Shown: in pieces, positions 48,508 to 57,244 of the stretch
Numbering within the stretch: the first letter of the stretch is position 1
Layout of the letters: every line of letters begins with the position of its first letter
Virus record (IMG/VR): IMGVR_UViG_3300032239_000632
Coordinates: 1 to 59,258 of that record
Strand: one strand, 5' to 3'
Length of the DNA: 59,258 bases
Origin: a virus
Taxonomy: Duplodnaviria > Caudoviricetes
Program-made: the position numbers and the translations under genes
The notes under the pieces: model-generated
The model's database searches: none
What the model was told of the DNA's origin: nothing
The model's input: the letters and a program-made list of their open reading frames with translations, nothing else

Positions 48508-49041
48508 CTATTTATGTTTTATTATTATGGTTTCGTGAGTATATAGTTGGGTTGTGTCTTTATGTCTTTTTAGTGAAAATTTATCAAAATTCATGTAATT
48601 ATCAGCGTCACCAGAGTCAAAAAGATAGATTTTCTCTTCTTGGCAATCAATTTTCGTCACTACAGACCAATGGTGCCACGGGGGTCCAAACGAAACAATT
48701 GCAACTTTTTTCTCATTTAGATGTTCATTTAGACACGCAAAATATTCATATTGATCATCAAATATATCATCTTCAAATATCACCTCAAATTCAATCTTTT
48801 TTTCTTTTTGAGTTATTTTATGTAATATTTTTGTAATGTTCTCTAAGTAAGTCCCCTCAGCGTAATATTTGTGAAAAAGATTTGGATTAATTTCCAACAT
48901 CTCTCTCATCAATTTTTCAGCACGATTTTGATTATACTTTGAATTTAGATAATAGAAAGAATTGATAATAGAATAGAATCCACAAAGACCATCAAGTAGT
49001 CCTTGTTTGTATGGTTCTTTTTTAATTATCTTTTTATTCAT
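48508..49041 (-). CDS. Papain-like (C39-type) cysteine peptidase
   Basis: YKQG..DGLCGFYSIIN, HWSVV, YLFDS give a Q/C/H/D arrangement. Confidence 0.6.
   Translation of the reverse strand: MNKKIIKKEPYKQGLLDGLCGFYSIINSFYYLNSKYNQNRAEKLMREMLEINPNLFHKYYAEGTYLENITKILHKITQKEKKIEFEVIFEDDIFDDQYEYFACLNEHLNEKKVAIVSFGPPWHHWSVVTKIDCQEEKIYLFDSGDADNYMNFDKFSLKRHKDTTQLYTHETIIIKHK
48509..48515 (-). promoter_or_regulatory. Late-type promoter ATAAATA directly before csgF
   Basis: Same motif precedes gp8 (9342), gp25 (14629), gp48 (21063) and gp2 (25873). Confidence 0.6.
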
Positions 49042-49054
49042 AACTCTATATATT

Positions 49055-49129
49055 TGGCCTGCCTACCCGGAGTCGAACCAGGAAATACGCCTTAGAAGGG
49101 CGTTGTTATATCCATTTAACTATAAGCAG
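49055..49129 (-). tRNA. tRNA-Arg(UCU)
   Basis: Cloverleaf, anticodon loop CTTCTAA, GTTCGACTC, encoded CCA. Confidence 0.92.
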
Positions 49130-49133
49130 AAAA

Positions 49134-49209
49134 TGGTCGGTGATGCAAGGTTTGAACTTGCGACCTCATGCTCCCAAAGCACGTATTCTACCAACTGAAC
49201 TAATCACCG
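49134..49209 (-). tRNA. tRNA-Pro(UGG)
   Basis: CGGTGAT acceptor, loop TTTGGGA, CCA. Confidence 0.93.
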
Positions 49210-49217
49210 ATAAATTT

Positions 49218-49291
49218 TGGTGCTCCGTGACAGAATTGAACTGCCAATTGATGATTACAAATCAACCGTTATACCATTTAACTAACAGAGC
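49218..49291 (-). tRNA. tRNA-Thr(UGU)
   Basis: GCTCTGT acceptor, loop TTTGTAA, CCA. Confidence 0.92.
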
Positions 49292-49297
49292 AAAATT

Positions 49298-49385
49298 TGG
49301 CGGAAGCTGTGAGATTCGAACTCACGGACCCTTTCAGATCGGCAGTTTTCAAGACTGCTGGTTTAAACCTCTCACCCAAACTTCC
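49298..49385 (-). tRNA. tRNA-Ser(UGA)
   Basis: Long variable arm, loop CTTGAAA, GTTCGAATC, GCCA. Confidence 0.93.
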
Positions 49386-49389
49386 ATAA

Positions 49390-49842
49390 CTATTCTGTGT
49401 ATGCTTTATGTATTTTAAATATTAAATCTGATATTACATGAGGTTTCATATTAGTGCCATTATTATCTTCAAATGGTATTACATCCCACCTAGCATCATC
49501 AGAACTATACCAAGCATAGATACAAACCTCTTCATCTGGTCTATGAATAATCCATGAACCAAATGATGTTGGAAATACTTCATGTTCAGGAAAATGTTTA
49601 TTACGTAATGATTCTTTATGAACAAATACTGCATATGATTCTGTCTTAAGATCAGGTTGTCCATCATCTAATTCAGCATAACCATCAAAGATAATCTTCA
49701 CACCAGGAAATGTATCTCCCGAATCATCACCTTGAACTGAAATGCCATCACTTGGATTAGGATCCATTGTTGCTCTGAATTCTTCTAACCAAGATTGAAT
49801 TACATTACTATAATCTCTTTTATCATCCATAAAAAATTCCAT
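49390..49842 (-). CDS. Hypothetical acidic protein
   Basis: 150-aa ORF. Confidence 0.65.
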   Translation of the reverse strand: MEFFMDDKRDYSNVIQSWLEEFRATMDPNPSDGISVQGDDSGDTFPGVKIIFDGYAELDDGQPDLKTESYAVFVHKESLRNKHFPEHEVFPTSFGSWIIHRPDEEVCIYAWYSSDDARWDVIPFEDNNGTNMKPHVISDLIFKIHKAYTE

Positions 49843-49845
49843 AAT

Positions 49846-50211
49846 TTATTCCCATCGTCTATGCTTTTCAGCGACCCATTCTTCTCCATCATACTCACCA
49901 ATTTCCCAATCAACATCATCAGGCACATCAACAACTTTTAATTCTGCATGAGCACCATATGAATGAATACCTAAATCTTCAACTGTCTGAACTAGGTGTG
50001 GACAGTTTCTTGGCAAATCATAATATGTCCAATAATTGTTATCTGCAATTTCATTCAAATAATACTTCTTTGGAATAACACTTTTCAATTCTTCAGGTAT
50101 ATCTTCTTGCTCAACAACAATTAAATTCATACCACTTAATTCAGCATATCGCATAACACCTTCATGTGATAAACCAAATCCACCAAAACATTTATTAATC
50201 ACGACTTTCAT
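49846..50211 (-). CDS. Conserved phage hypothetical protein
   Basis: MKVVINKCFGGFGLS...LKVVDVPDDVDWEIGEYDGEEWVAEKHR. Confidence 0.75.
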   Translation of the reverse strand: MKVVINKCFGGFGLSHEGVMRYAELSGMNLIVVEQEDIPEELKSVIPKKYYLNEIADNNYWTYYDLPRNCPHLVQTVEDLGIHSYGAHAELKVVDVPDDVDWEIGEYDGEEWVAEKHRRWE

Positions 50212-50584
50212 CTCTATACTCCAATTCTTTATCAAATAATTCTTTTACCCATGGTTCTAATTTACAATTATCTTGTATAGCAAAAATATGCTCTGTTGTC
50301 ATATCTGCTAATGGTACCCAAGTTAATGGTTGTTTACCATCTTTGCCATATGTGCCCCAATGAAATGCTTCTCTAATCTCTACAAAAGGATTATCCATCA
50401 TTAATGATAATTCTATATATGGTGCATCATCGTGAACATTTCTACGAAGATAATATAGACCACCATCAACCATATATTCTTTACCATTCTTATCGGTATA
50501 TGTTTTATAATCGTGTCTATGGTATGATTGTAGAATAGTACCATCCGGTGTTTTAATTCTATTTGCTACAATTTGATTATTCAT
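50195..50584 (-). CDS. Conserved phage hypothetical protein
   Basis: TPDGTILQSYHRHDY, YMVDGG..YLRR, WGTYGKDG. Confidence 0.75.
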   Translation of the reverse strand: MNNQIVANRIKTPDGTILQSYHRHDYKTYTDKNGKEYMVDGGLYYLRRNVHDDAPYIELSLMMDNPFVEIREAFHWGTYGKDGKQPLTWVPLADMTTEHIFAIQDNCKLEPWVKELFDKELEYRDESRD

Positions 50585-50960
50585 TTTCTTTATTACTAAT
50601 TTTATTTAATTTATCATTCAGAATAAACTCTTCAAGTATCATCTCACACATTTGATTTAATGTAATATCTCTATCATGTGCCATTAACATTAAATTATGT
50701 AATTCATCTTTTTCTAACTCCAATTCAATTTCTTTTTTTTCTTCTTTCTCTTGTTGTTCTTTTTTCCAAGCACTATATGACTCTATTCTCAAATTATTTT
50801 CCATATTCCAAGCACGATTCAAATAATATTCTTTTGTTGCACCAATAAACAAATTCATTCTATCGTATGTTTTATAACCATCATATCCTTCTGGATCGTT
50901 TAATGCACGATCAACAACAATACCATACTTGATTGCAAAATTCTTAATAGTTTCATTCAT
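50577..50960 (-). CDS. Hypothetical protein
   Basis: LMLMAHDRDITLNQ motif. Confidence 0.65.
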   Translation of the reverse strand: MNETIKNFAIKYGIVVDRALNDPEGYDGYKTYDRMNLFIGATKEYYLNRAWNMENNLRIESYSAWKKEQQEKEEKKEIELELEKDELHNLMLMAHDRDITLNQMCEMILEEFILNDKLNKISNKENE

Positions 50961-50969
50961 GTTAGTCTC

Positions 50970-51590
50970 CTAGTCCCATAATGCTCTGTAATATTTACAA
51001 AATAACTCCAAACCTTCTGTTATCATTGCTTCATGTTTCTTTGATGCTTCCATATCATATTTACCAAGTTGTTTCCATTTCATCTTTGTCACACCATTTT
51101 CACTTTTCATATTATCAAAATCCATTATTGGTTCTTCAATCCAAAATTGTTTATCATTATCATCATCTAATAATTGTTCAAAAGACCAAATCATTTTATC
51201 CATGATTTTATCCCATTCTTGCTCTGCAGATTTGAATGCTGCATCATCTCCTTCTTTATAAAACTCAAAACATGATTGGTCACTATTACTATCATACTTT
51301 ACCAAACAGCCAGGAATACCATGTTGAGTTGCTTTTAACTGTTTCAACATTGGTAAGATAATCATTGCTAAAGTGTGATCCATACTCCAAGTATCCCACT
51401 TATCAATCTGAATTGATATTTTTCGGTTATTCTTACTATGGATCCATTCACACAAATTATTTACAAAAGTATTAGATAACCATTCACCAATCTTATAACA
51501 GGTATCTTCAGACACACCAACTTTTTGAAGTAAATCAGCAAATTGATATGGACCCCACCAGTTTATGTATGGTCCAATTTTTACTTTCAT
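50970..51590 (-). CDS. Conserved T4-like hypothetical protein
   Basis: DTWSMDHTLA.IILPMLKQLK..HG.P, MIWSF, GLELFCKYY..LWD. Confidence 0.78.
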   Translation of the reverse strand: MKVKIGPYINWWGPYQFADLLQKVGVSEDTCYKIGEWLSNTFVNNLCEWIHSKNNRKISIQIDKWDTWSMDHTLAMIILPMLKQLKATQHGIPGCLVKYDSNSDQSCFEFYKEGDDAAFKSAEQEWDKIMDKMIWSFEQLLDDDNDKQFWIEEPIMDFDNMKSENGVTKMKWKQLGKYDMEASKKHEAMITEGLELFCKYYRALWD

Positions 51591-51820
51591 GATATTATCT
51601 TTTTTTCTTCAATCAATTCTTCAAAAGTATCCCATAGTTTATTAAATCTCCATTCATATAATTGCTCAATACCAATCAAAACATTAATTATTACATCTTT
51701 AGTTATATCTGTTTCGCAAATATTTTCTGTTAGCAATTTAATCTCTTCATTAATTTTCCAACAGGCTAAAATTTCTTGTTCCAAATCAAACCGATTTTTA
51801 GGTTCTAAATTTTTTTCCAT
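51587..51820 (-). CDS. Hypothetical protein
   Basis: RFDLEQEILACW...LYEWRFNKLWDTFE. Confidence 0.65.
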   Translation of the reverse strand: MEKNLEPKNRFDLEQEILACWKINEEIKLLTENICETDITKDVIINVLIGIEQLYEWRFNKLWDTFEELIEEKKIIS

Positions 51821-51821
51821 T

Positions 51822-52016
51822 TTATTTTGCTTTCAATAAATTAAATGATAAAAATGATGTTAATAAAAATGCCGCACACCACGTATCAAGAGTATATGGA
51901 ATTGCTAAAACAGGAAACAAAGTATTCAAACACCAAATAGATAAAAGTGGTGAAAAAACAATAATACTTGCCGCCATAACAAATAAACCAATTATCAATA
52001 ATATTTTCATATTCAT
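51822..52016 (-). CDS. Small membrane protein
   Basis: Two hydrophobic segments, IWCLNTLFP. Confidence 0.65.
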   Translation of the reverse strand: MNMKILLIIGLFVMAASIIVFSPLLSIWCLNTLFPVLAIPYTLDTWCAAFLLTSFLSFNLLKAK

Positions 52017-52297
52017 TTAACACCTTCTAAAACAACTTCAACTTGTTTAATAGAGTCATATCTAAAACTACGCCAACCTTGATTCTCTAAATCAAATACT
52101 GCAATAACTTCATCATTTACTTTTCGGTTACTTTCAGATTTTGGAATAAATTCTTGTGGAATAACATTCTCGTTTAATGTTGCCTTCATTACACGCTCAG
52201 TACCATCCTTTTTAGTAAATGTAACAATAGCACCTTCTTTACTTAGTAACTGCTTCAACCATGTCTTACTTTTTTTATCCGCAAATAATTGTTCCAT
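52013..52297 (-). CDS. WYL-like / Sm-like SH3-barrel protein
   Basis: VTFTKKDGTERVMKATL, VFDLENQGWRSFR. Confidence 0.8.
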   Translation of the reverse strand: MEQLFADKKSKTWLKQLLSKEGAIVTFTKKDGTERVMKATLNENVIPQEFIPKSESNRKVNDEVIAVFDLENQGWRSFRYDSIKQVEVVLEGVK

Positions 52298-52306
52298 AAT
52301 AATCTC

Positions 52307-52687
52307 CTAATTGTTAGCAATACTTTCTGCCATCTCTTTTACATTTTTTTGTTTCTTCATAATTTCTAATAACATACACTGTAAATAATTCTCAAACCAT
52401 TCTACCGATTTATCTGTTTTCTTCAAAAACATACCATAAAATTTAGGCAATAAACTTTTTGCATAATAAACTGGATCTGAAAATATTGCTTCAAAACTTT
52501 CTTCAAAATGTAGGTCATTATCTTCATTATGCTTAAACAATATTACATGAAACTTTTCACCTATTGAAGTGGTTTCTATAGCAACACCACCTTTATAAGG
52601 TTCTTCTTTCAAATCAAAAAAACATATATCTACATTACCCTCATCATCTGGTGCCATTACAAATCCATCATATTTTTCATCACCCAT
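52307..52687 (-). CDS. Hypothetical protein
   Basis: 126-aa ORF with SD. Confidence 0.65.
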   Translation of the reverse strand: MGDEKYDGFVMAPDDEGNVDICFFDLKEEPYKGGVAIETTSIGEKFHVILFKHNEDNDLHFEESFEAIFSDPVYYAKSLLPKFYGMFLKKTDKSVEWFENYLQCMLLEIMKKQKNVKEMAESIANN

Positions 52688-52702
52688 ATTGTAATTCTCC
52701 GA

Positions 52703-53434
52703 TTATTTAAGTCTAATTCTAAAAACTACCGCATATCGCATTTCTTTAGCCCAAATGGCTACGGGTTTTGTTGTGTGTAATGCTCTTCCATCATAAAGAA
52801 TTATTCTACCTGGAATAGGTGGAATTATCTTAAATGGATAACCAACATTAAAATCTCTACTTTGTCCAAATCCATTTTGAAACTGTTGTGTATCACCTGT
52901 TGTATCATCATCTGCATAAAAAACATTTTCTGACATCCAACTTGGATACCATTCTAAATTAGCCATATACAATAATGTAAAATTACGATCTTCATCTAAA
53001 TTAATTGTATCACGGTGAATAGCATGACTACGCTTTATTGTCTCTTCTAATTGTATGTTTACATATACTCTAGCTTTCGGAGAATTACGATCTACAAATT
53101 TTTCTTGATCTCCGTTAATTTCAAAACGATTAAAAAAATAATTATTGATTCTATTCCATAAATCTCTAATAGGTACATGTTGTTCCAAATCTTTTTCATT
53201 ATCACCAAAAATACACCGATGCATATATTGATTATTCACACCTGGAATTGCATCATTCATATATTCTTTATAACCATCTGCAGGTTTATAATGAAGAATT
53301 CTTCCAAATGTTTTAATCGGAACATCTTTACGTACCGCATGAAATTCTTGTTGTTGAATATGATCCCAAATTTCTTTACGTAAATCATATGAGATTACAT
53401 CATCATATGATTCTACAGTATATTCTTTATGCAT
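52703..53434 (-). CDS. 2OG-Fe(II) oxygenase superfamily protein
   Basis: IHRD, TLLY.AN.EW, PGRIILYDG..LH, MRYAVVFR. Confidence 0.8.
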   Translation of the reverse strand: MHKEYTVESYDDVISYDLRKEIWDHIQQQEFHAVRKDVPIKTFGRILHYKPADGYKEYMNDAIPGVNNQYMHRCIFGDNEKDLEQHVPIRDLWNRINNYFFNRFEINGDQEKFVDRNSPKARVYVNIQLEETIKRSHAIHRDTINLDEDRNFTLLYMANLEWYPSWMSENVFYADDDTTGDTQQFQNGFGQSRDFNVGYPFKIIPPIPGRIILYDGRALHTTKPVAIWAKEMRYAVVFRIRLK

Positions 53435-53567
53435 ATAGCAACTCTTTAATCATTTTTGATTTTTCTTTTTTACGATTATACATCTTTGCAAGAGGTATCA
53501 CCCGCATCTTATATTTCGGTGTTCGTAAATCTTTTGCTATTGCATTAAATTTTTTAATAGTAGCCAT
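53427..53567 (-). CDS. Small basic protein (46 aa), weakly ArfA-like
   Basis: Hand translation MATIKKFNAIAKDLRTPKYKMRVIPLAKMYNRKKEK...; SD AGGT. Confidence 0.65.
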   Translation of the reverse strand: MATIKKFNAIAKDLRTPKYKMRVIPLAKMYNRKKEKSKMIKELLYA

Positions 53568-53651
53568 ATTAATATACCTATAACTGTCCATTCAGTAAAT
53601 GTAAATTGATAACACCAATCGGGTAATCGGTAACTTATATAATCCCACATT

Positions 53652-53903
53652 TTAATTGATAAAACGTCCTAATTGACTTTTAGCGGCATAAACGGATGTA
53701 AATTTTTCTTTGTTTATTAATATATATCTCGGACCATAAACTTTTACAATACCATACTTAAATGGAATCTTGTAAAATACTTTTTTATCTGTTATTTTTT
53801 CTCTTAATCTTGTTAAGAGAGGTGCATCGGTAAGTCCAGCATATTGAATGGTCTCTTCAATCTCTTGTGCTGTTTGACTTCGAGCAAACGAAATAGGAAT
53901 CAT
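53652..53903 (-). CDS. Hypothetical protein
   Basis: Likely start 53903, behind the promoter at 53931-53959. Confidence 0.6.
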   Translation of the reverse strand: MIPISFARSQTAQEIEETIQYAGLTDAPLLTRLREKITDKKVFYKIPFKYGIVKVYGPRYILINKEKFTSVYAAKSQLGRFIN

Positions 53904-53930
53904 AATATAAACTTTCTCAATTAAAAACAT

Positions 53931-53959
53931 ATTATACAACAACTAAAAACGAATGTCAA
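53931..53959 (-). promoter_or_regulatory. Sigma70-type early promoter
   Basis: TTGACA-17 bp-TATAAT. Confidence 0.75.
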
Positions 53960-54561
53960 CTATACCGAGTAATATTGCCATTCTCATGAACAAAAAATGC
54001 TTCAAAATTAATATTGCTAAATTCTTTTTTCAATCCTAAAAATGCATCTAGATTACCTGCATGGTCATCAAACATCCTAGCAATACTATACTTACCTTTT
54101 TTCAATTTGTTCCGTGTAATCTCAGCTTTTGCCTCAGGTCCGGGCATTGATAGATTACCCGCACGATGCACATGCACCCGCTTGATATCAAAACCATACT
54201 TGTCAAAGGTCTTTAAGAATAAATTTTTATCATCTAAATCAACCCGAGCAGTAATTATGATAATCTCTTTTTGAGGTGTTTTCTTAAACTTATCGAGCAT
54301 CCGCTTTGCAGTCTTAAATACTGTATCAACTGGTTTAGCGGTTTTATTAAATATTGCAGATGACCTAAATTCGGAAAAATCAAATTCTTCACCCTTCTTT
54401 TTATCATATACATTATATTCAGCAGGTGTAAGTGAACCAATTTTTTTACCATCTTTCATTACAAGCACTGAACTCTTGGTACGGAACAAAGTATCATCAA
54501 TATCAAATATTGATAAACTTGATTCTACATCTTCTTTAATAAATTCTTTGAAAGATATCAT
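53956..54561 (-). CDS. HAD-superfamily phosphatase-like protein
   Basis: IFDIDDTLF, IITAR, K, MFDD...NL. Confidence 0.8.
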   Translation of the reverse strand: MISFKEFIKEDVESSLSIFDIDDTLFRTKSSVLVMKDGKKIGSLTPAEYNVYDKKKGEEFDFSEFRSSAIFNKTAKPVDTVFKTAKRMLDKFKKTPQKEIIIITARVDLDDKNLFLKTFDKYGFDIKRVHVHRAGNLSMPGPEAKAEITRNKLKKGKYSIARMFDDHAGNLDAFLGLKKEFSNINFEAFFVHENGNITRYS

Positions 54562-54724
54562 AATACTATTTATTAATTGAACCCCTGAAATACTTTATAA
54601 ACAAAATCAAAACCAGACAATTTAAAAGTCTGAGTAAAATTTCCCGATTTTATCTGATACCAACCATTGGATAATTCATATAAGGTAACTTTTCTTTTAT
54701 TAACAACTCTAGATAAGATATACA

Positions 54725-54937
54725 TCATTTGAAGAATCCTATAACGTAAATTAGTAAAAGTCCGATATTAACTGCTATCATCGCAGAATCTTTAATACGT
54801 ATACTCCATATAAGGAATAGAAAAGCTCCAGCGTTAAGTAAATATATATTTAACGGGTCAATTCTAAAACTGGTACACAATGCTCCAGCAAGTGTTACCA
54901 CCGTTGCAATCCACTTCAAGTAATTATTTATCATCAT
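54725..54937 (-). CDS. Small three-TM membrane protein
   Basis: YLKWIAT, PLNIY, three hydrophobic segments. Confidence 0.7.
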   Translation of the reverse strand: MMINNYLKWIATVVTLAGALCTSFRIDPLNIYLLNAGAFLFLIWSIRIKDSAMIAVNIGLLLIYVIGFFK

Positions 54938-54944
54938 GTGTACC

Positions 54945-54972
54945 ATTATACATGATCCCCGCCAAATGTCAA
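54945..54972 (-). promoter_or_regulatory. Sigma70-type early promoter
   Basis: TTGACA-16 bp-TATAAT. Confidence 0.72.
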
Positions 54973-54997
54973 GCGCAATTTTAACCCTTTGATTTTA

Positions 54998-55201
54998 TTA
55001 AGTTTTTTCTAATGCAAAATGTGCCTTTATTTCTTCTACGCCAACATAATTACCGTAAATGTTTGGATAACCATTATCAATCAATACTTTAATACATTCT
55101 TCTACTGTTAACCGCATAAACTGTTCCAAAGTATCACCACCCACTAATGGATAATGACTGCCACCCGCCATCAATGCTAATTCTTTACACTTAGGACTCA
55201 T
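54998..55201 (-). CDS. Hypothetical protein
   Basis: ELALMAGGSHYP..LEQF...IKAHF. Confidence 0.6.
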   Translation of the reverse strand: MSPKCKELALMAGGSHYPLVGGDTLEQFMRLTVEECIKVLIDNGYPNIYGNYVGVEEIKAHFALEKT

Positions 55202-55315
55202 CTTTATCCTTTATACCTTTTGATCTTTCAACATCTCTACCTGCATAAAATCCCGCTAAAAATACTATAATAACCACAAGTAACAAACCAATAACTTGTT
55301 CATCATTAGCGGGCA

Positions 55316-55612
55316 TCATAGATATTCACCTTCCACATAATCTTCATCCATGCCATATCCTGCTGAAGTCATAGCACTATCAAAGTCACCATCCATATAT
55401 GGATGGTCACCATCCATACTATCATCATAAACATAACTATCATCATAATCATAACTATCATCATAATCATAACTATCATCATTAAGATAATTATGAACAA
55501 CATAATTTACATCGGCAAAATCTATCTTCAACATCCGTGCAACTTCTAACGGAGACCAACCATCTTCAAAGAGTTCCACGATTTGTTCCTGAACATTAGA
55601 AAAGTAACCCAT
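55316..55612 (-). CDS. Acidic hypothetical protein with DDSYDY repeats
   Basis: Ends DGDFDSAMTSAGYGMDEDY. Confidence 0.7.
   Translation of the reverse strand: MGYFSNVQEQIVELFEDGWSPLEVARMLKIDFADVNYVVHNYLNDDSYDYDDSYDYDDSYVYDDSMDGDHPYMDGDFDSAMTSAGYGMDEDYVEGEYL
55418..55480. repeat. 18-bp coding tandem repeat (3.5 copies)
   Basis: actatcatcataa(t/a)cata units at 55418, 55436, 55454, 55472. Confidence 0.9.
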
Positions 55613-55782
55613 TATATAGTCTCTCCATAAAATTGTGCATCATTATCATAAGAATTAGCAGCATACTCTCGCATTTCACATTCTCGCATGTTATACTCAA
55701 ATGCCATTTCCTCAATTTCTTCCTCTGAGGGTTCCCAATTACTATCATTCAATAAATCATACAAACTATTAATCGGTTCCAT
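55612..55782 (-). CDS. Small acidic early protein
   Basis: Start 55782 after a GGGAG SD. Confidence 0.6.
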   Translation of the reverse strand: MEPINSLYDLLNDSNWEPSEEEIEEMAFEYNMRECEMREYAANSYDNDAQFYGETI

Positions 55783-55806
55783 CACAATCTCCCTATTAAA
55801 GAATAC

Positions 55807-55835
55807 ATTATATAACAGAATCACTTCAATGTCAA
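55807..55835 (-). promoter_or_regulatory. Sigma70-type early promoter with upstream conserved box
   Basis: TTGACA-17 bp-TATAAT. Confidence 0.8.
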
Positions 55836-55842
55836 GCGTTTT

Positions 55843-56040
55843 CTAAGTTGTTGATTTATAAAGGTTTTTTCTATTAAGTTTACGGCATTCTTCTTTTGCC
55901 CATACAGGTATATCTGGACTAATCTCTGCTATTCTACAATCAATTATCCGTTCTCTTACATTAAAGATGCTGTAATTTTGTATAATCCATATAACCATTA
56001 GAATACCTATTACTGCTATAATAAAGTATTTGATATTCAT
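55843..56040 (-). CDS. Small membrane-anchored protein
   Basis: TM helix plus DCRIAEISPDIP...KEECRK. Confidence 0.65.
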   Translation of the reverse strand: MNIKYFIIAVIGILMVIWIIQNYSIFNVRERIIDCRIAEISPDIPVWAKEECRKLNRKNLYKSTT

Positions 56041-56285
56041 TCATTCAATTCCCAATTTGATTTAATCAAGTCTGCAGTATTAGGTAATGTAAGACCCGCT
56101 AAACTCTCTCCATACTTCACATAATTAATATGATTAGAATCTGCAATTGATGCACACTCTCTTACGATATCTGTTATAAATTCTTCTAATTGTTCTTGAG
56201 TAAATTCATAGTAAATACCTACACGACTTTTAGGCATTACTCTAGAAAACATTACAGTTTTGGATTTGAATAATTCATCGTTCAT
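56037..56285 (-). CDS. Hypothetical protein
   Basis: LEEF...IVRECA motif. Confidence 0.6.
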   Translation of the reverse strand: MNDELFKSKTVMFSRVMPKSRVGIYYEFTQEQLEEFITDIVRECASIADSNHINYVKYGESLAGLTLPNTADLIKSNWELNE

Positions 56286-56447
56286 ACAGTAACATCCACT
56301 TTATGTTGGGTTTCTTTAATACGAATTTCTTGCTGTAGTTTTTTTTCTTCTAGTTCTATCATTTGCTTTTGTTGGGCAATATCTTCTATTCGTCTTTCAT
56401 ATGTTTTTTGCTCAATAACTCTTCGGTATTGTTCTATATTCATAGTT

Positions 56448-56942
56448 TTAAACCTCTGCTACAGGAATATTACATTTACGTAAAAAAGATAATCCTTCTA
56501 TACTTCTATATTCTTTATTATAATAAAATGCTTTAATACCAGATTGATAGATTAACTTTGCACAATCTAAACAAGGTGCATGGGTGCATACCATTATTGC
56601 ACCATCACCAGATTCAGTAGACCTTGCTAACTTAGATATCGCATTAGACTCAGCATGAATTACTTCTGGTTTAGTTTTTAAACGATACCAACCTTTACCA
56701 GTGCCGGTAAATCCTAATCGCTTCATTTCATCTGGAGAGGGGATTTGTTCGTTATTACCAACGTATTCGGTATTCTCACAAGTATTATCCCATCCAGAAG
56801 GCGTACCATTATAACCAATACTTATAATCCGATTATCTTTAATAATCAATGCACCAACCTTTAATCGCACTGCACTACTCAACTTCGCATACACATGTGC
56901 TGCTTCCATATGTGCTTGAAGATGTTTTGGATTAATTTCCAT
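56448..56942 (-). CDS. cd: dCMP deaminase
   Basis: KVGALI, GYNGTPSG, HAESNAI, PCLDC. Confidence 0.93.
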   Translation of the reverse strand: MEINPKHLQAHMEAAHVYAKLSSAVRLKVGALIIKDNRIISIGYNGTPSGWDNTCENTEYVGNNEQIPSPDEMKRLGFTGTGKGWYRLKTKPEVIHAESNAISKLARSTESGDGAIMVCTHAPCLDCAKLIYQSGIKAFYYNKEYRSIEGLSFLRKCNIPVAEV

Positions 56943-57099
56943 GCTTTGCTTCCAATACTCTTAGATCATTGGCAGCGTCACTAACGCCATGCCAGTCACT
57001 CTCTTCTACTTTCAATAGCAAATAATTGATGTATATTTGTCTATTTTCTTGAAACTTCTTTTCATCTTCAGTATATACTACTTTCCAATTACTCATCAT
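56932..57099 (-). CDS. Small hypothetical protein
   Basis: Hand translation ...YLLLKVEESDWHGVSDAANDLR. Confidence 0.55.
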   Translation of the reverse strand: MMSNWKVVYTEDEKKFQENRQIYINYLLLKVEESDWHGVSDAANDLRVLEAKHGN

Positions 57100-57244
57100 T
57101 TTCCTTTAATTTTAATACAGGTACAATTAACTTTTTTTTCTTGTAATGCTTTCATTGTTTCAATACAATCTGCTTGATCGTCATACCTGTAGTGTATCTC
57201 GGGTTGAGGATTCATAGTACCAACAATGATTACTAATGCCCACA

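Noticed and set aside
49007-49418. + strand ORFs over the tRNA cluster
   Set aside because: Antisense to four well-formed tRNAs
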